NCBI GenBank assembly: GCA_042570545.1
Contig: JBHPGJ010000005.1
Coordinates: 5,529-69,528 of the forward strand
Length of the DNA stretch: 64,000 bases
Direction of reading: 5' to 3'
From: Patescibacteria group bacterium
Lineage (GTDB): Bacteria; Patescibacteriota; Patescibacteriia; JBHPGJ01
Positions 1 to 8,883 of the stretch are shown in pieces (within the stretch, counting starts at the first letter, position 1; each line of letters opens with the position of its first letter). The position numbers and the translations under genes are program-made. The notes below the pieces were generated by a model. It did not search any database. It was not told the origin of the DNA and saw nothing but the letters and a program-made list of their open reading frames with translations.

Positions 1-1
1 A

Positions 2-232
2 CTTGAGGCAGATATAGTGATTATACTCAACTGTAATGCGGGGAAATATGGCATTCCAAGTAGTATGACGGATGACCCAATACTAAATATTCTTTTGAGT
101 GATGCGGATCAACATGAGGATGGTGAAGAACGGAGGGTATTCTACGTAGCAATGACAAGGGCAAAAGAAAAGGTATTCTTAATTGCTGATAAAAACAATC
201 CCTCAAAATTTATTAAAGAACTAGAAAATTAA
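2..232 (+). CDS. UvrD/Rep-family (HelD/helicase IV-like) SF1 helicase, C-terminal fragment; gene begins before the window
   Basis: Frame open from position 2 (LEADIVII, motif V-like) and contains EERRVFYVAMTRAK (motif VI). Confidence 0.85.
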   Translation, partial: LEADIVIILNCNAGKYGIPSSMTDDPILNILLSDADQHEDGEERRVFYVAMTRAKEKVFLIADKNNPSKFIKELEN

Positions 233-555
233 TGCCAAAGCTAGTTTACATATCCCACCCAATATCAGGCAACGTTAAGAAAAATGTTGAAGAAGTCCTC
301 CGTATTTGCCAGAAGATTCATTCCAAAGATATCATACCCTTCGCTCCATATTTAGTTTCATTACAGTATCTAGATGATAATGTAGTTCGAGACAGAGAAT
401 TAGGCATAGACGCTACATTAGAGACCTTAAGAAGGGGAATGGTTGACGAGCTATGGGTATATGGAGCGACCATATCTGCTGGCATGAAAGAAGAAATAAT
501 AATTGCCAATAAAAAAGGTATTCCTGTTATATACAAAAACGACGAACTTAATTAA
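232..555 (+). CDS. DUF4406-like / nucleoside-deoxyribosyltransferase-fold protein
   Basis: VYISHP...G N-terminus, PFAP, DELWVYG..ISAGMKEE..A...GIPV pattern; TAATG overlap with the helicase stop. Confidence 0.65.
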   Translation: MPKLVYISHPISGNVKKNVEEVLRICQKIHSKDIIPFAPYLVSLQYLDDNVVRDRELGIDATLETLRRGMVDELWVYGATISAGMKEEIIIANKKGIPVIYKNDELN

Positions 556-582
556 TACCAAATCTAATTATCACACATAATA

Positions 583-611
583 GTTCAAACACCCTCCACG
601 ATGTCCAACCA
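583..611 (+). repeat. Imperfect 29-bp direct repeat, copy 1 (gttcaaacaccctccacgatgtccaacca)
   Basis: 23/29 identical by manual alignment to 1348-1376; both copies are intergenic, just downstream of a stop codon. Confidence 0.6.
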
Positions 612-647
612 ATTCTATCGTATACATGAATCTTTAAGTATAAATAA

Positions 648-1334
648 ATGACAACAATTAAAGATCGTTACGACCATAGTGAATTAACTGGTATGCAGTT
701 TGCATTCTTAAAGCGATTTGCCAGGATTCTTGCAGACGAAAACACACGACAGCGTAAGCATGCAGAAAAAATTGTAAATGCTGAGAAAAAGAATATACCC
801 AGCAAATTAATCGTTGATGATGAAATATATGAGCTATATCTCTCAAGCTTAGAACAAACTGAAGCAATGTATGGTTATGAAAGCGATAATTTCCAGCAAT
901 TATTATTCCGATCATTTGCGATTACTGCCCTAGTATTTATTGATGATCAACTAAAATTATATTGTGATCATTTAAAAGAGAAGCACGTATTAGCTATTAG
1001 TGTTTCCGATTTGAGAGGTTATGGGGCACGTAGATCACTGAATTATGTTAATAAAGTTACAGGGAAAGAAATCTTGATAAATGCAAACTTGAAAAAACAC
1101 TTTAAGGTTGCTGTAGAACTTCGAAATATTTTTGTTCATTCGGAAGGAATGACCACAGAAAAAAACCATCGTTTGTTAAATGATTATTCAAAAACATATC
1201 CAAAATATCTTGAGATACATGATAAACATACATTTATTACTGAAGATTATCTTAAGTTATTGTTAGGAATACATAATAAAATCTCCGATAAGATTTATAG
1301 ACAACTCCCAGAGAAATATAAACGTAGTAAATAA
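648..1334 (+). CDS. Putative HEPN-domain protein
   Basis: Helical-looking 228 aa protein with an RxxxxH motif (LRNIFVHSEG) in the C-terminal half. Confidence 0.6.
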   Translation: MTTIKDRYDHSELTGMQFAFLKRFARILADENTRQRKHAEKIVNAEKKNIPSKLIVDDEIYELYLSSLEQTEAMYGYESDNFQQLLFRSFAITALVFIDDQLKLYCDHLKEKHVLAISVSDLRGYGARRSLNYVNKVTGKEILINANLKKHFKVAVELRNIFVHSEGMTTEKNHRLLNDYSKTYPKYLEIHDKHTFITEDYLKLLLGIHNKISDKIYRQLPEKYKRSK

Positions 1335-1347
1335 TCATTCGATTTGG

Positions 1348-1376
1348 GTTCTAATACCTTCCACGACGGCCAGCCA
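1348..1376 (+). repeat. Imperfect 29-bp direct repeat, copy 2 (gttctaataccttccacgacggccagcca)
   Basis: Matches 583-611 at 23/29 positions. Confidence 0.6.
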
Positions 1377-1401
1377 GTGAAAAAATTAGTAATATTATTA
1401 A

Positions 1402-1503
1402 TTAACTAAGTCAAAAAATTATAGAATTGCCGAACTGGATAAAACCAAATCAGCCTGGTTTAAAGATTCCGAAGGAAACATACTATCCCTTAACTAGATG
1501 TAA
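1402..1503 (+). pseudogene. 3' remnant of a VOC/glyoxalase-family gene
   Basis: Manual translation gives ...RIAELDKTKSAWFKDSEGNILSLN*M*; AWFKDxxGNIL is the typical VOC C-terminal motif. No start codon, and an in-frame stop lies upstream at 1399-1401. Confidence 0.7.
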
Positions 1504-1513
1504 ATAATTAAGA

Positions 1514-2188
1514 TTAAGCCTCGTAATTTACGGGGCTTTTTCTTTTTTTAGATATATAAAATTTCAAGCGGTACAGTAAGGCAATAGTAACGGTAATTAG
1601 ATATATCAACCACACTGTTTTTACCCAGTTGATTTGCAGGTCACTGCCGATATTCCAGCTGTGAAAAAATGCTAGAAAAAAGATTAAGTAGTTCAGTAAG
1701 TGCAACTTTCTCCATAATTTAATTTTTTTTCTCAATAGAGCAGTGATCGCGGTAATTATTATTAGATACAGCGCTAGCGGACCTAATGATTGCCACAATA
1801 GTGTCTGACTCGAAAAATCCGGTAGCAGCCAAAGATAATCTAAGCTGTTGTCTCGTATATCATTCATTATCAAAAGCACGGGATGGGTTAAGGCTATTAT
1901 CACCGCTACTATGCCCAAGATCAGATGTATCCTCAGCCATAGAGGGGAAAATAAGAGAACAAAGAATTTGCGGAATGCACCAATTACTATCTGTGTGAAT
2001 ATTATAGAAAAAGCCAGCAAGCCAAATAAACGAACCAATGTCAAGTAAATTATTTCAGGCGATGCATTTAGACTCGATCTTAGACCATCGGGTAGAGAAC
2101 GATCGATAATAATAAAAGGCAAAATTAGTATAATAAGGTAGGTTATTATGGCAACCAAAACGATCGTTTTTTTACTTCGCGGGGTCAT
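1514..2188 (-). CDS. Ferric reductase-like transmembrane (MsrQ/YedZ-like) heme b protein
   Basis: About 6 TM segments with paired His in WLRIH-x13-HP and WRKLH-x12-HS. Confidence 0.8.
   Translation of the reverse strand: MTPRSKKTIVLVAIITYLIILILPFIIIDRSLPDGLRSSLNASPEIIYLTLVRLFGLLAFSIIFTQIVIGAFRKFFVLLFSPLWLRIHLILGIVAVIIALTHPVLLIMNDIRDNSLDYLWLLPDFSSQTLLWQSLGPLALYLIIITAITALLRKKIKLWRKLHLLNYLIFFLAFFHSWNIGSDLQINWVKTVWLIYLITVTIALLYRLKFYISKKRKSPVNYEA
1516..1549 (+). terminator. Rho-independent terminator
   Basis: Hairpin aagcctcgta-att-tacggggctt followed by tttcttttttt; it follows the VOC remnant and overlaps the 3' end of the convergent gene. Confidence 0.65.
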
Positions 2189-2222
2189 GGATATGATTTT
2201 AACATATTTAAATTAATGAGTC

Positions 2223-2251
2223 TTGGCAATAATACTAAATTTTTATATACT
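2223..2251 (+). promoter_or_regulatory. Putative sigma70 promoter for the 2274-3179 genes
   Basis: TTGGCA (2223-2228), 17 bp, TATACT (2246-2251). Confidence 0.5.
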
Positions 2252-2273
2252 TATAGTTGAATAGAGTAATAAT

Positions 2274-2678
2274 ATGAATTCAAATAAAGGACTATTGCTA
2301 TTTAGTGGTGTAATTGTGGCTATTATAGTGTTGGTTATCGCTTATCAGTATAGTGATAATGGTAGTTGGATTAGGGATAGTCGCGGACTTTGGATTAAGG
2401 ATGGAAGCCCCAGATCGGTCCCAGAAGCGGTAGTAGAGCAGCAGATTTTACTGTTAGCTGCCCAGGCTTTGTATCAAGAAGCTAATGGATCAAATATCAA
2501 TCTGGCCTATGGTCCCTGTTTAGGACTGATCGGTGATGATTGGGTGGTTGATATTGCCCACGTACCCCGTGAATCATATGACGAAGACTCCGATAATCAA
2601 TGCCCCGAATACCAAAATGGAACAGCCTCTCATTTTATTGAATTGGATCCTGATGGAAATTTGTTAAGAATTAAATAA
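2274..2678 (+). CDS. Membrane-anchored hypothetical protein with two Cys (GPCL...NQCP)
   Basis: N-terminal hydrophobic anchor and a compact extracytoplasmic domain; 134 aa, co-oriented with the cupredoxin. Confidence 0.7.
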   Translation: MNSNKGLLLFSGVIVAIIVLVIAYQYSDNGSWIRDSRGLWIKDGSPRSVPEAVVEQQILLLAAQALYQEANGSNINLAYGPCLGLIGDDWVVDIAHVPRESYDEDSDNQCPEYQNGTASHFIELDPDGNLLRIK

Positions 2679-2687
2679 GGAGTGCCC

Positions 2688-3179
2688 ATGAAGAGCATCA
2701 TAATAATAATCGTAATAATCGTGTTGGGCGGTCTTGGCTTTTGGGCTTTCTCACAATACCAGACTACTAATACCAATACCCCGACAACGACCGTTACAAA
2801 TACGACAGCTACCAGTAATACCAATGTTTCTGAAATAGTTATCAATACCAACAGCAGTCTTAATACCAATATTGTCGATACAAATACTTCCGTAATTTCG
2901 CCAAATGAAGTTGCTATTACCGGATTAGGATTTTCCCCACAGTCCATCACAGTATTAGCGGGCTCGACCGTGACTTGGCTTAACAACGATTCGGTATTGC
3001 ATCACGTGGCTCCCGATGATCATCCGTCCCATACTAAGTATGTTGATACTTGGCCAGATACCGGCGCTGGTCGTATAGCTGGTGGCGAGGCTTATAGTTT
3101 TACATTCACTACTGCTGGAACTTATACCTACCATGATCATTTGCACCCCACATTAATCGGCACGGTTATAGTAGAATAA
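2688..3179 (+). CDS. Membrane-anchored cupredoxin/plastocyanin-fold protein with Asn/Thr-rich linker
   Basis: GFSPQSITV.AGSTVTWLN, H-x-V, FTTAGTYTYHDHLHP..GTVIVE; AAGGAG SD upstream of the ATG at 2688. Confidence 0.8.
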   Translation: MKSIIIIIVIIVLGGLGFWAFSQYQTTNTNTPTTTVTNTTATSNTNVSEIVINTNSSLNTNIVDTNTSVISPNEVAITGLGFSPQSITVLAGSTVTWLNNDSVLHHVAPDDHPSHTKYVDTWPDTGAGRIAGGEAYSFTFTTAGTYTYHDHLHPTLIGTVIVE

Positions 3180-3187
3180 ATAATTTA

Positions 3188-3225
3188 AAAAGAACGTCGG
3201 CCATTATGTTAGCCAACGTTCTTTT
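3188..3225. terminator. Inverted repeat, probable terminator
   Basis: aaaagaacgtcggc ... gccaacgttctttt, 13/14 complementary, between the cupredoxin and VIT1 genes. Confidence 0.55.
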
Positions 3226-3233
3226 GCTATAAT
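3225..3233 (+). promoter_or_regulatory. Extended -10 promoter, leaderless-type, for VIT1
   Basis: TGcTATAAT ends 6 nt before the ATG at 3240. Confidence 0.55.
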
Positions 3234-3239
3234 CAGACT

Positions 3240-4010
3240 ATGGATAAAGATAAATTAGCCAAAGCTTACGCCAAGAAGAGTGCTTTATTAGCAAAAAGTG
3301 ATAATCGAGCCAAGAAAAAACTAGACGATGTTTGGCATGAAAGAAGTACCGGACGATATATTGGCGATGTAATATTTGGAGCTAACGATGGCATTATTAC
3401 CACTTTTGCCGTAATATCCGGAGCTACCGGCGGTCAGTTGGCTCCGATTGTGGTGATAATTTTAGGCACGGCTAATCTTTTCGCTGACGGTGTATCAATG
3501 GGCCTGGGAAATTATTTGGGCCAAAAATCTGAACGTTCGTATGTAAAAGGACAAAGAAATAAAGAAGCTTGGGAAGTGGAAAATTTACCGGAAATTGAAA
3601 CCCAAGAAATTAGAGATATTTTTCAGGATTGGGGATTTAAGGATAATGATTTGGAACGTGCGGTTGAAATTGTAACTAATGATAAAGAAGTGTGGATTGA
3701 TATTATGATGAAGTATGAATTGGAAATTTTTGAAAGCTCAGCCGAAAGTCCAATCAAAAAAGGCATTGCTACTTTTATCGCTTTTGTAATAGCTGGGGTG
3801 GTGCCACTTACCCCGTTTCTAATTGGAGTTGATAATCCATTTTGGTGGGCCGTTGGATTGACCGCTATTGAATTATTTGCCATAGGTTCGTCGCGGGCTA
3901 AGGTAGCTCCAGTTAAATGGCTGACAGCTGGTTTGGAGATGTTATCAGTTGGTACCCTGGCGGCGGCCATTGCCTATCTGATTGGCAGGCTATTGCATGC
4001 AATTATTTAA
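3240..4010 (+). CDS. VIT1/CCC1 family Fe/Mn transporter
   Basis: IFGANDGIITTFAV, ANLFADGVSMGLGNYL, acidic cytosolic metal-binding segment and C-terminal TMs. Confidence 0.92.
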   Translation: MDKDKLAKAYAKKSALLAKSDNRAKKKLDDVWHERSTGRYIGDVIFGANDGIITTFAVISGATGGQLAPIVVIILGTANLFADGVSMGLGNYLGQKSERSYVKGQRNKEAWEVENLPEIETQEIRDIFQDWGFKDNDLERAVEIVTNDKEVWIDIMMKYELEIFESSAESPIKKGIATFIAFVIAGVVPLTPFLIGVDNPFWWAVGLTAIELFAIGSSRAKVAPVKWLTAGLEMLSVGTLAAAIAYLIGRLLHAII

Positions 4011-4039
4011 ACTACTAATAATTATGAACCAAACACTAC

Positions 4040-5473
4040 ATGGCCACCAAATTTGATACTAAAGACCTGGTCAATAAATCACCTCACGACTTTACCTCTA
4101 AACGCAAAGGTCGCTCGCGATATAGTTTACTTAAGGCAGATCAACCAATTAGAAGGATCTTAATACACGGATCCCCGTATGTTATTACCATGAAAGAAAA
4201 TCGTTTGCGGATTTTACACCATCAATCGATCTATATTGAAGATGGAGTGATTAACAAGGTATTCCCGGCTGCTGATACAAAAAAAATCGATCTGTCAAAT
4301 GTTGACCTGATATATGATGCCGAACAACGGGGTGGTATTGTTATAACCCCAGGGTTTATAAATGCACATGCTCATCCGCCAATGTATCTCCTGAGAGGCG
4401 CTTTGGTGTTTATCGAAGATAATCTAGAAAAAGCATTAGCCGGTATGGCTAAGTTGGAAGGCAAGATGACAGATTCTGATTTCTTTATCGGCGCATTAGG
4501 TGATTTAACTGAGCAACAAAAATCCGGTATCACTAGTACGGTTTCTCATTATGGTGTGTTTGAGCCAATTGAAGAAGCTGCCCAACTGACCAATCAACGA
4601 GTGCTTAATGCCATTAGCGCTATATCGAATTCCCACCCCAATAATAGACCATCATTAATTGGTAATTACGCCAGACAAGCAAAAAATTTGTTTACCACTC
4701 CTGCTGCGGCTATTCATTACGTCCATCGAGCCAGTCCAGGTCAGCTTAGACAAATAGCCAAGGTGGTAAATAAATATAAACTGATATTTACCTTGCACGT
4801 TTCAGAAACCGAAGACTTGGTAAAGCAATGTATCGATAAGTTCGGCCTCCGACCCATCCAGGTACTTGACCGTTTCAAATTACTCTCTAAAAGAACGCTA
4901 CTTTCTCATAGTGTTCATCTGGATTCCGCTGAAATTCAATTAATTAAAAAACGCCAAGCAGCGATTGTCCACTTGCCGACATCAAATCTATTGCACAAAA
5001 GTGGTAATTTTAATTATCCTTTATTCCACCGATTAAAAGCCACAAAACAAATCGCTCTGGGCACTGACAGCGTGGTAAGTAAAAATAGATTGGACTTGCT
5101 ATCTGAAGCCCTACAGACAAAAACCATGCATCAATCCACAAGCATAGTGCCTTATTCAGACCTATTTAATATAATCACCGCTCAGGGAGCTCGATTAATC
5201 GGTCAGCCAGAACTAGGTAAAATTGAGGCAGGCTACAAGGCCGACATTTCCTTCTGGAAGCTAAAAGACAGGGGATTCTTGCCCTATGATGAAGCCAAGC
5301 CGGAAACTTTGGTGGCTAATATGATAACCCATGGCGGCCGCAATATTCGCGATTTGATGATTGATGGTAAATTTGTTATAACCAATCGAATGCACAACTT
5401 AATTGATGAAAGTTCGCTACTAGAATCACTACAAAAAGCGCATATGAAATTGCGATCGCGGTTGAAAGTATAA
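4040..5473 (+). CDS. Metal-dependent amidohydrolase (MTA/SAH, adenosine or guanine deaminase-like)
   Basis: PGFINAHAH, HVSET, SHSVH, LGTDS and GKIEAGYKADI motifs. Confidence 0.82.
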   Translation: MATKFDTKDLVNKSPHDFTSKRKGRSRYSLLKADQPIRRILIHGSPYVITMKENRLRILHHQSIYIEDGVINKVFPAADTKKIDLSNVDLIYDAEQRGGIVITPGFINAHAHPPMYLLRGALVFIEDNLEKALAGMAKLEGKMTDSDFFIGALGDLTEQQKSGITSTVSHYGVFEPIEEAAQLTNQRVLNAISAISNSHPNNRPSLIGNYARQAKNLFTTPAAAIHYVHRASPGQLRQIAKVVNKYKLIFTLHVSETEDLVKQCIDKFGLRPIQVLDRFKLLSKRTLLSHSVHLDSAEIQLIKKRQAAIVHLPTSNLLHKSGNFNYPLFHRLKATKQIALGTDSVVSKNRLDLLSEALQTKTMHQSTSIVPYSDLFNIITAQGARLIGQPELGKIEAGYKADISFWKLKDRGFLPYDEAKPETLVANMITHGGRNIRDLMIDGKFVITNRMHNLIDESSLLESLQKAHMKLRSRLKV

Positions 5474-5477
5474 AGAA

Positions 5478-6938
5478 TTAATAATTTGCCGGTCGTTTTT
5501 TTATCTCAATACTATGCGGGTGGCTTTCTTTGTGGCCAGCATTTGTTATTCGGATAAATCGTGCTTGCTTATGGGCATGCTTGATATTGGCTGCTCCAAT
5601 ATATGCAAAACCAGAGCGAATCCCGCCACACAACTGACTAATTTGTTTGTAGGCTGACCCGCGGTATATAACTCGGCCTTCCACACCTTCAGAAATTAAC
5701 TGATCACCCTCTTTTTTATCGTCTTGAGCATAGCGGTCACTGCTACCAAGCTTCATAGCATTAATTGATCCCATACCGCGAAAGGTTTTATATGTTCTTC
5801 CCTGGTCATATTCAATTTCACCCGGAGCCTCATCCGTCCCAGCTAAAAGGCTACCCGTCATTACGCTGTCGGCACCAGCCGCTAAGGCCTTAACAATATC
5901 ACCAGAATATTTCATACCACCATCGGCAATAATTGGTATATTTTTTCTTACGGCTCGCCGTGCTTTAGTTGCTTCCATAATGGCCGACATCTGTGGGACA
6001 CCAATACCGGCGATAACCCGAGTAGTACATATTGATCCAGGCCCAACACCAATCTTAATCGCGTCCGCTCCGGCATCAATTAGAGCCTTGGCCCCATCGT
6101 TGGTAGCTATATTGCCAGCTATGACATCTATATTGTTAAATAGGGGACTTTTTTTAAGTTTTTTAACAGTTTCAATTACACCAGCCGAATGACCATGGGC
6201 AACATCAACTACCAACACATCGACTCCGGCGGCGGTTAATATCTTAGCCCGTTCAATCGCTTCATTGCCTACTGATATAGCACCGCCAACCCGGAGCTGT
6301 TTACGACTATCTTTATTGGCCAACGGGAAAGCCTCATTTTTTTCCAGATCTTTACGAGTGACCATTGATACTAATTCGCCGTCCTTATTCGTTATTGGTA
6401 GTACTGATAATTTTTTTGCTCGAATTATTTTATTAGCTTCTTTAAGGGTTATACCCTTGTGTCCAACTGTAATTTTTGATACGGGAGTCATCTTTAATTT
6501 AATAGGTAATGTCAGGTCATCGGGAGTAAAGTAATCCAAATTCGTAAGCAAGCCAACCAGTTTGCCACTTTTGCTAGTAATTGGAATTTTGGTATAGCCA
6601 AATTCCCGCTCAATTTTTACCGCCGCGGTTACATGGTCTTCGGGGTATAAGGTCTTGGGATCTTCAATGAATCCATTTTCCCAACGTTTCACTCGTTCGA
6701 TTTCTTCAGCTTGTATTTCTGGTGCTAAATTTTTATGTATTATCCCTATTCCACCAGATGTGGCCAGGGCAATAGCCATCGTATGCTCAGTAACTGTGTC
6801 CATGGCAGCTGAAACAATCGGAACATTTAAAGAAATTCTTCGAGATAATTTTGTCTGCAAGTTAACGTTTGCCGGTCGAACCTCAGAAAAACGCGGCTCA
6901 AGTAATAAATCTTCAAATGTAAAACCTTCTTTTATCAT
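5478..6938 (-). CDS. guaB: IMP dehydrogenase with CBS pair
   Basis: [38 protein letters not shown]; start reassigned to the ATG at 6938 ([10 protein letters not shown]). Confidence 0.96.
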   Translation of the reverse strand: MIKEGFTFEDLLLEPRFSEVRPANVNLQTKLSRRISLNVPIVSAAMDTVTEHTMAIALATSGGIGIIHKNLAPEIQAEEIERVKRWENGFIEDPKTLYPEDHVTAAVKIEREFGYTKIPITSKSGKLVGLLTNLDYFTPDDLTLPIKLKMTPVSKITVGHKGITLKEANKIIRAKKLSVLPITNKDGELVSMVTRKDLEKNEAFPLANKDSRKQLRVGGAISVGNEAIERAKILTAAGVDVLVVDVAHGHSAGVIETVKKLKKSPLFNNIDVIAGNIATNDGAKALIDAGADAIKIGVGPGSICTTRVIAGIGVPQMSAIMEATKARRAVRKNIPIIADGGMKYSGDIVKALAAGADSVMTGSLLAGTDEAPGEIEYDQGRTYKTFRGMGSINAMKLGSSDRYAQDDKKEGDQLISEGVEGRVIYRGSAYKQISQLCGGIRSGFAYIGAANIKHAHKQARFIRITNAGHKESHPHSIEIKKRPANY

Positions 6939-6991
6939 TATATAAATGTAATAATTTGTAGTATAGGTTAACTTATAGATATAATCAATAT

Positions 6992-8812
6992 ATGCCAAAA
7001 AACCATAACCTTATAATCATTATAGATTTTGGGTCGCAGTACACACATTTGGTAGCCCGTCGGGTAAGAGAATTGGGTATAAAAAGCGTCATTACTCAAC
7101 CAAATAATTATAAGCAATATTTAAAATTTGCTAAAGGAATCATATTTTCCGGTGGGCCACAGAGTGTACTTACTAAGAACAGTCCGAAAATAAATAAAAG
7201 TATTTTCAAGCTTGGTTTACCAATATTAGGCCTATGTTATGGTCATCAGTTAATAGCCAAGATGCTTGGCGGACAATTAATTAAAGGCCAAATCAGAGAA
7301 TATGGGGAGTCCAAAATTATCTTAACCAATACTGATAAAGCCAGAAAGTTTTTTAATAAGCTACCAGCGCGACAGATTGTTTGGATGAGTCACGGGGATA
7401 GTGTAATCAGTCCACCGGCCGGTTTTTCAATTACCGCCACCAGCGCTGATTGTCCGGTAGTAGCAATGGCAAATCACAGTAAGGACATTTATGGATTACA
7501 GTTCCATCCGGAAGTGGTACATACAAATTATGGTGTAAAAATGTTATCAAATTTTGTCAGTAACATCTGTCGGGCCCAACCCGATTGGCGTCTAAATAAT
7601 ATAAAGAATGAAATTATCTTGAATATCAGAAATCAAGCCAAAGGAAGAAAAGTTTTTATGCTGATATCCGGGGGAGTAGATTCAACAGTGGCCTTTGTCC
7701 TATTAGCTAAAGCCTTGGGTCAAAAAAATGTCTATGGACTTCATATAGATAGTGGTCTAATGAGACAGAACGAGTCAGATAAAGTTGAGAAATTATTGTA
7801 CAAAACCGGTTTTAAAAACTTACATATGGCGAACGCCAAGTATGGATTTTTAAAGGCTTTAAAAAATATTACTGATCCAGAAATTAAAAGACAAATAATT
7901 GGCGAGGAATATTTACAGGTGGCCGAAAAAACAATGAGCAATTTGAAGTTGGATCCGCGTAAATGGCTTCTTGGACAAGGCACAATATATCCTGACACAA
8001 TCGAAACCGGTGGGACAGCTAATTCAGCCATCATCAAGACTCATCATAATCGGATTCCTCGTCTACAAAAGATGATTAAACAAGGACTGGTAATTGAGCC
8101 GTTAAAGGATTTATATAAAGATGAAGTACGGTATATAGGTCGGGCCTTAGGCTTGTCAAAAAATTTAATACAAAGACATCCTTTTCCTGGACCGGGTTTG
8201 GCCATTAGATTGATTTGTAGTCAAAAAAAATCTACTTTAAATAGGAGCGACAAACTGTTAATTAAAAAAATAAGACACGATAAAGAATTAAAGGTACATA
8301 CTAAAATAAATATCTCATTATTACCAGTGCGCAGTGTTGGCGTCCAGGGCGACGAAAGAAGCTATGCTCGGGCCTTAGTAATATCTGGTCCTTATAATTG
8401 GTCAGTTCTGCGCCATTATGCAAGATATATCCCAGCTCGGTATCATAATATAAACAGGTTATTGTGGTTAGTTGCGGGTGATATTAGATCTCTTGAACAC
8501 TCATCTTTAGTTAAGTCGCAAATTACCGAGGAACGTTTGGTAAAACTTCAACAAATTGATAGTGCCGTGTGGCAGATTCTTAAAAAACAACAATCTAAAA
8601 TATGGCAAATGCCTGTTATACTTGTACCGTTTGATTTTGGCGAGGCTGTAGTTATCCGACCAGTAATGTCAGAAGAAGCCATGACCGTAAAGCCTTTTAA
8701 AATACCTAATAATTTAATAAACCAATTAAAAGTAAAACTACATAATATGGGAATTTACTACGTTTTTTTGGATATTACTGATAAACCACCGGCGACAATA
8801 GAGTGGGAATAA
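6992..8812 (+). CDS. guaA: GMP synthase (glutamine-hydrolysing), long form
   Basis: IDFGSQYT, GLCYGHQ, QFHPEV, SGGVDS, IKTHHN, HPFPGPGLAIR, KPPATIEWE. Confidence 0.96.
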   Translation: MPKNHNLIIIIDFGSQYTHLVARRVRELGIKSVITQPNNYKQYLKFAKGIIFSGGPQSVLTKNSPKINKSIFKLGLPILGLCYGHQLIAKMLGGQLIKGQIREYGESKIILTNTDKARKFFNKLPARQIVWMSHGDSVISPPAGFSITATSADCPVVAMANHSKDIYGLQFHPEVVHTNYGVKMLSNFVSNICRAQPDWRLNNIKNEIILNIRNQAKGRKVFMLISGGVDSTVAFVLLAKALGQKNVYGLHIDSGLMRQNESDKVEKLLYKTGFKNLHMANAKYGFLKALKNITDPEIKRQIIGEEYLQVAEKTMSNLKLDPRKWLLGQGTIYPDTIETGGTANSAIIKTHHNRIPRLQKMIKQGLVIEPLKDLYKDEVRYIGRALGLSKNLIQRHPFPGPGLAIRLICSQKKSTLNRSDKLLIKKIRHDKELKVHTKINISLLPVRSVGVQGDERSYARALVISGPYNWSVLRHYARYIPARYHNINRLLWLVAGDIRSLEHSSLVKSQITEERLVKLQQIDSAVWQILKKQQSKIWQMPVILVPFDFGEAVVIRPVMSEEAMTVKPFKIPNNLINQLKVKLHNMGIYYVFLDITDKPPATIEWE

Positions 8813-8819
8813 GTTACTA

Positions 8820-8848
8820 TTGGCCAGTATTTAATAGTTTGGTATACT
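8820..8848 (+). promoter_or_regulatory. Putative sigma70 promoter of the surface-protein operon
   Basis: TTGGCC, 17 bp, (TGg)TATACT. Confidence 0.5.
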
Positions 8849-8883
8849 ATTTATACAGGAAATAGTATTAATTAATACATTTT

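Noticed and set aside
583-1376. Repeats as tRNA 3' ends (GTTC...CCA) or integron attC sites
   Set aside because: The GTTC-to-CCA distance is too long for a T-arm plus acceptor stem, no T-stem pairing is evident, and there is no RYYYAAC...GTTRRRY palindromic structure.
6939-6998. N-terminal extension of guaB given in the ORF track
   Set aside because: Tyr/Ile-rich translation of an AT-rich promoter region that overlaps the guaA start; IMPDH similarity begins at the ATG at 6938.
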